A stretch of 64,000 nucleotides of DNA from the NCBI GenBank assembly GCA_902793435.1, contig CADBDF010000003.1, positions 26,167 to 90,166 of the forward strand, given 5' to 3'. Positions 62,544-64,000 of this stretch are shown piece by piece (the stretch's first letter is position 1; the number at the start of each line of letters is the position of its first letter). This stretch comes from an uncultured Pseudomonadota bacterium. Its GTDB lineage: Bacteria > Pseudomonadota > Alphaproteobacteria > Rs-D84. The position numbers were made by a program, and so were the translations under genes. Under the pieces are notes generated by a model that did no database searches, was not told the DNA's origin, and saw nothing but the letters and a program-made list of their open reading frames with translations.

Positions 62544-63776
62544 ATGAAAAAGTTTTTATCATCTTTACTGCTTGCGTTTACGACAATGTGCGCCCTGCCC
62601 GCGTTTGCCGATGATTTGTGCAAAAATTTATTTGATAAAAACACCATAGCAACTGGTGGTTATATTGATAGCACTAGCGGTTCTTGGGTCCCTTCTAATT
62701 ATAATGAAAGTGATTTTATACCTGTGATTCCTGGCGCAACATATGTAAAACAAGGCGATATGTTTGCTGGTGAAAACTCGTGTGTGTTTTATGATGCAAA
62801 TAAAAATTGGATTTCAAGTCGTTATTGGTTTTCTTCTAGGGGTATAGTTACTGTACCATCTGGTGCCGCATATATGCGTATGTTGGTACGTAATGAATTT
62901 TTGAACACAACCCAACTGGAACGTGGTTCCACAGCAACCAGTTATGTTCCGTACAATCCACTCTGTGCGACATGCCAGGGGATAATAAAAACATACGAAT
63001 CGGCGGTGGGGACAGTTTCACAAAACGGCACACCAACCCCAACGAATCCGGTTGAGCCAACTTTTTATCAACAAGGTGATATGATATTACGCAAAGTCGG
63101 CAACTATGCCGACAGTTATGATGCGACAACAGGCAAGATTACACGAAGAGTGGGTGTGAAAGTGTTGAATAGTACGGCTAATTATACGTTTGATGAAGTT
63201 GGTGATTATTATAGAACTACAGTTAGCACCGGTGACTCAAAATATTCTAATGATTCACAGACTGGGCTAAGTACACACTTTCCGTACAGATGGCAATGGA
63301 GTCCTGTGAGGGCGGAAGCATTTCATAATGGGGTAAGTATCACCAGTGCTAGAAATTTATTTTTCTTTGAATTTTTAAAAACAACATTTGAAAGCCCGGA
63401 AGATTGGAAAACATGGCTTGCCGAACAGGAGGCCAATGGAACACCGGTGACGGTTTATTATCCTTTGGCGACGGAAACCACAGAAGACATTGGAACAACA
63501 TATTGCGCACCGAATATAAAAATCGCGACGACGGCATACAATTCGGCGCGATTTAACCCGGTGAAAACAGATTTAGATAGCGCGGTGGCAACTATACGTG
63601 AAATCGTCACAAAAACGATAAATCAAACCGCCGCAATCGCCAGTTTGCAAGCGGACAAGCAGACCCGTCCGGAAGATGCTTGTCCTGCGGGCAAAAAATG
63701 TTTATTGGTTGAAACCGAAGAAAACGGTGTTATTGTTCCACACTGGTTCCCGATAATTGAGGCACCAGAAGAATAA
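62544..63776 (+). CDS. secreted protein with tail-fibre or carbohydrate-binding-module-like features
   Basis: 410 aa from ATG 62544 (AAGGGGGAG upstream). Signal peptide MKKFLSSLLLAFTTMCALPAFA. ...NTTQLERGSTATSYVPY is a phrase common in phage receptor-binding proteins. Confidence 0.6.
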   Translation: MKKFLSSLLLAFTTMCALPAFADDLCKNLFDKNTIATGGYIDSTSGSWVPSNYNESDFIPVIPGATYVKQGDMFAGENSCVFYDANKNWISSRYWFSSRGIVTVPSGAAYMRMLVRNEFLNTTQLERGSTATSYVPYNPLCATCQGIIKTYESAVGTVSQNGTPTPTNPVEPTFYQQGDMILRKVGNYADSYDATTGKITRRVGVKVLNSTANYTFDEVGDYYRTTVSTGDSKYSNDSQTGLSTHFPYRWQWSPVRAEAFHNGVSITSARNLFFFEFLKTTFESPEDWKTWLAEQEANGTPVTVYYPLATETTEDIGTTYCAPNIKIATTAYNSARFNPVKTDLDSAVATIREIVTKTINQTAAIASLQADKQTRPEDACPAGKKCLLVETEENGVIVPHWFPIIEAPEE

Positions 63777-63900
63777 AAAATCACCTATATATTTTGTTTG
63801 GTTAAAAAATTAAAAACAATAAATATTTCAATGCGTTTTTTACTTGCGTATATGTTTTTTATTTTTATACAATCATTATAATAAAAGGGGGAGATATCCT

Positions 63901-64000
63901 GTGCAAGACCGCATAGAACCGCCAATTTTAATGTCGCGTTTAATGACCTTTGTATTGGCCACTTCGTTGGTCGTGCTGGCTGTGTTGGTTTGGACATTGG
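63901..64000 (+). CDS. 5' end of a membrane protein CDS running off the window
   Basis: GTG 63901 preceded by AAGGGGGAG. VQDRIEPPILMSRLMTFVLATSLVVLAVLVWTL contains a TM helix. The antisense ORF 63785-63997 looks spurious. Confidence 0.4.
   Translation, partial: MQDRIEPPILMSRLMTFVLATSLVVLAVLVWTL

Overview
A+T-rich chromosome segment from a diderm bacterium. Housekeeping content: radC, map, holA-lptE, nrdD-nrdG, lgt, glyQS, proS, an olsB/olsA-like pair, mltB-like, hemW, an M13 peptidase, IHF/HU, mraZ and several beta-barrel outer-membrane proteins. Class III RNR, ferredoxin, LDH and a U32 peptidase suggest an anaerobic or fermentative lifestyle. A DUF2924 plus large serine recombinase pair weakly suggests an uncultured alphaproteobacterium. 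There are four tRNAs (Glu-UUC, Ser-UGA, Thr-UGU, Arg-CCU), and no rRNA, CRISPR array or IS transposase. Two accessory regions stand out. (1) Next to tRNA-Glu (9.7-13.4 kb) is a tandem array of small gene cassettes. They are separated by two conserved repeat families (A, a structured hairpin; B, ending in a tRNA-3'-end mimic), covarying terminator hairpins and a displaced 25-nt copy of the tRNA-Glu 3' end. (2) Next to tRNA-Ser (15.9-32.2 kb) is a ~14.4 kb island bounded by a 20-bp direct repeat of the tRNA 3' end, followed by two further small cassettes. The island carries a giant TPR / GreA/B-C-like / PIN-like protein with a small partner sharing its N-terminal motif. It also carries a DUF2924 + large serine recombinase module and a two-gene candidate modification-dependent nuclease. 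A tight AAA+ / small ORF / HNH / DUF2779 cluster has its AAA+ gene broken by a nonsense codon and an A7 frameshift. Next to it sits a truncated WYL regulator, whose intact paralog lies 2 kb away with a similar palindromic upstream site. Other points: nrdD is split so that the glycyl-radical domain is a separate 63-aa ORF; two pairs of NrdR boxes precede nrdD; a four-segment terminator/antiterminator leader precedes a secreted tail-fibre-like protein; mraZ is not followed by a dcw cluster. All functional calls rest on motifs read by eye; no database search was possible.
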